Positions 62,720 to 64,000 of a DNA stretch of 64,000 nucleotides are shown here, piece by piece. A model generated the notes under the pieces. The model searched no databases and was not told the DNA's origin. It saw only the letters and a program-made list of their open reading frames with translations. Each line of letters opens with the position of its first letter. The first letter of the stretch is position 1. The position numbers were made by a program, and so were the translations under genes. The DNA is taken from positions 66,898,001 through 66,962,000 of the forward strand of contig NC_043000.1 of the NCBI RefSeq assembly GCF_006345805.1. The letters run 5' to 3'. Source of the stretch: Octopus sinensis (lineage: Eukaryota).

Positions 62720-63590
62720 TAGGGGGGCTCTGAAAGAGGTCTCAGGGAGTAGCATCCCTGCCTTCCTGAGCTAGTTTTCCACCACATTTCTTAAAAATCA
62801 TAGTAGAGGCCTTAGTCTCAGGACCATTCATGTCTAGAAACTGAGGTCGGGGGTAAAGCAAGGGTATGCTCCCCATAAAAAATCCAGCTCCAAAAAAGCC
62901 TCATGACAATAGCAAAGAGGCATGGGCACCTGCCTACCTCGAAAAAGAAGGTGCGAACCCTCATCCTGACTCGTGCAAGCATGACTTGCCTTATGTTGGC
63001 TGAGGGCCTGAGGAAAAGCTTGGGGTGACGTTGGGAAATTGGAATGTGGGTAGTCTGCATAGGAGAACTGAGGTATGTGAGGAATTGAGGAAGAGGAAGG
63101 TGAGTGTGTGCCGTGTGTAGGAAGTTAGGTAGAGGGGCCAGTGTGCAAGATTTGTGTGTGTGTGTGTGTGTGTGGAGGGGTCAATGGAAGAAAGTTATGG
63201 TACTTGGGAAATGGCAAAGGGACTGGAGGTATGGGAGCTTTAGTGAAGGAAAAAATCTGTGAGAAGGAAGAGGAAGTCAGGAGAAAGAGTGACAGAGTGA
63301 TGACAGTAGTATCAGAATTTGAGGAAGAAGTGGTGAGAGTGGTTTGTGAGTATGGTTTGAAAATTGGAAGAGGGATCACTGAGAAAGAGTGGTTCTTTGA
63401 TGAAATGGCAAGTGGGACTTACATAAGATAGATGAACTGCTTTTTGGCATGGGTAATTTTAATAGACATGCTGGGAAATGGATCCAGGGCTTTTGAGGGT
63501 GTGCATAGGGGAAATGGAATCGGGGAACGAAATATGGAAGGAAGGATGCTGTTGGAGTTTTGCAATGAGAAGGAGTTGTGTGGTGAACAT
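62720..63590 (+). mobile_element. RTE-type LINE 5' portion (UTR + endonuclease), decayed
   Basis: G.WNVGSL, GGMGALV, RKSDRVM, GVHRGNGIGERNMEGRMLLEFC. Confidence 0.7.
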
Positions 63591-64000
63591 GTGGCTCTTC
63601 ATCATCTGGTTTCACACCAACTAGTTCTTTGTTACCCAACTTCACACCAACTGTAGTACATTGTCACCTGGCTTCTCACCTCTTGGTCAGCTGACCACCA
63701 TGCGTTCACTCACCAAAAATTAATAAGGAGAACATGCAACATGCTTTAAACCAGTCATGTGATCAATGAACATTATTTCTCATTAGAATTATGAATCCAT
63801 TATTCATTTTCTTTTGTAGAACTAGAGAACAGTATTTTGAATAGCATCATTATTAATTATATTTATTAAATTAATTCTTCCATTTGCTGCAGATGATTGC
63901 CTGCCAAACTATAATAATATTGAGCAGCTTACTGTCACAGTAAATAGAACTTTATTCTCTCTTTCATAATAATCCTTTTGGCATGGATACCCCTTACTTT

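Noticed and set aside
63880-63960. CDC45 exon 9 after ttgctgcag
   Set aside because: Translation does not resemble the expected W-AIVG-TDQ continuation; the exon probably lies beyond the window.

Overview
Eukaryotic, AT-rich, microsatellite- and transposon-dense DNA. The SINE/RTE repertoire and gene structure point to a coleoid cephalopod, most likely Octopus (inferred from repeat families, not from a search). Two host genes are supported: (i) an uncharacterised single-pass membrane protein (exons ~3161-3196 and 3550-4253, +) and (ii) the first eight coding exons of the replication factor CDC45 (29535-62685, +; continues past the window). The rest is nested mobile DNA: tRNA-derived SINEs, RTE, L1/Tx1 and CR1-like LINE relics, hAT and mariner relics, piggyBac-type MITEs, non-autonomous Helitrons (including a head-to-tail dimer), a long-TIR element with a telomere-repeat core and 8-bp TSD, a 5S rRNA pseudogene and several Penelope-like (PLE) pieces. 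The most striking signal is a set of type I hammerhead ribozyme (HHR) motifs from several unrelated sequence families, read by eye. They sit mostly in fold-back units embedded in (TA)n tracts: a ~220-bp palindrome with an HHR on each strand, two U3-A8 core variants, and one HHR apparently split by a Helitron. CpG content drops sharply just inside CDC45, consistent with historical gene-body methylation. All calls are manual; repeat boundaries are approximate unless termini are quoted.
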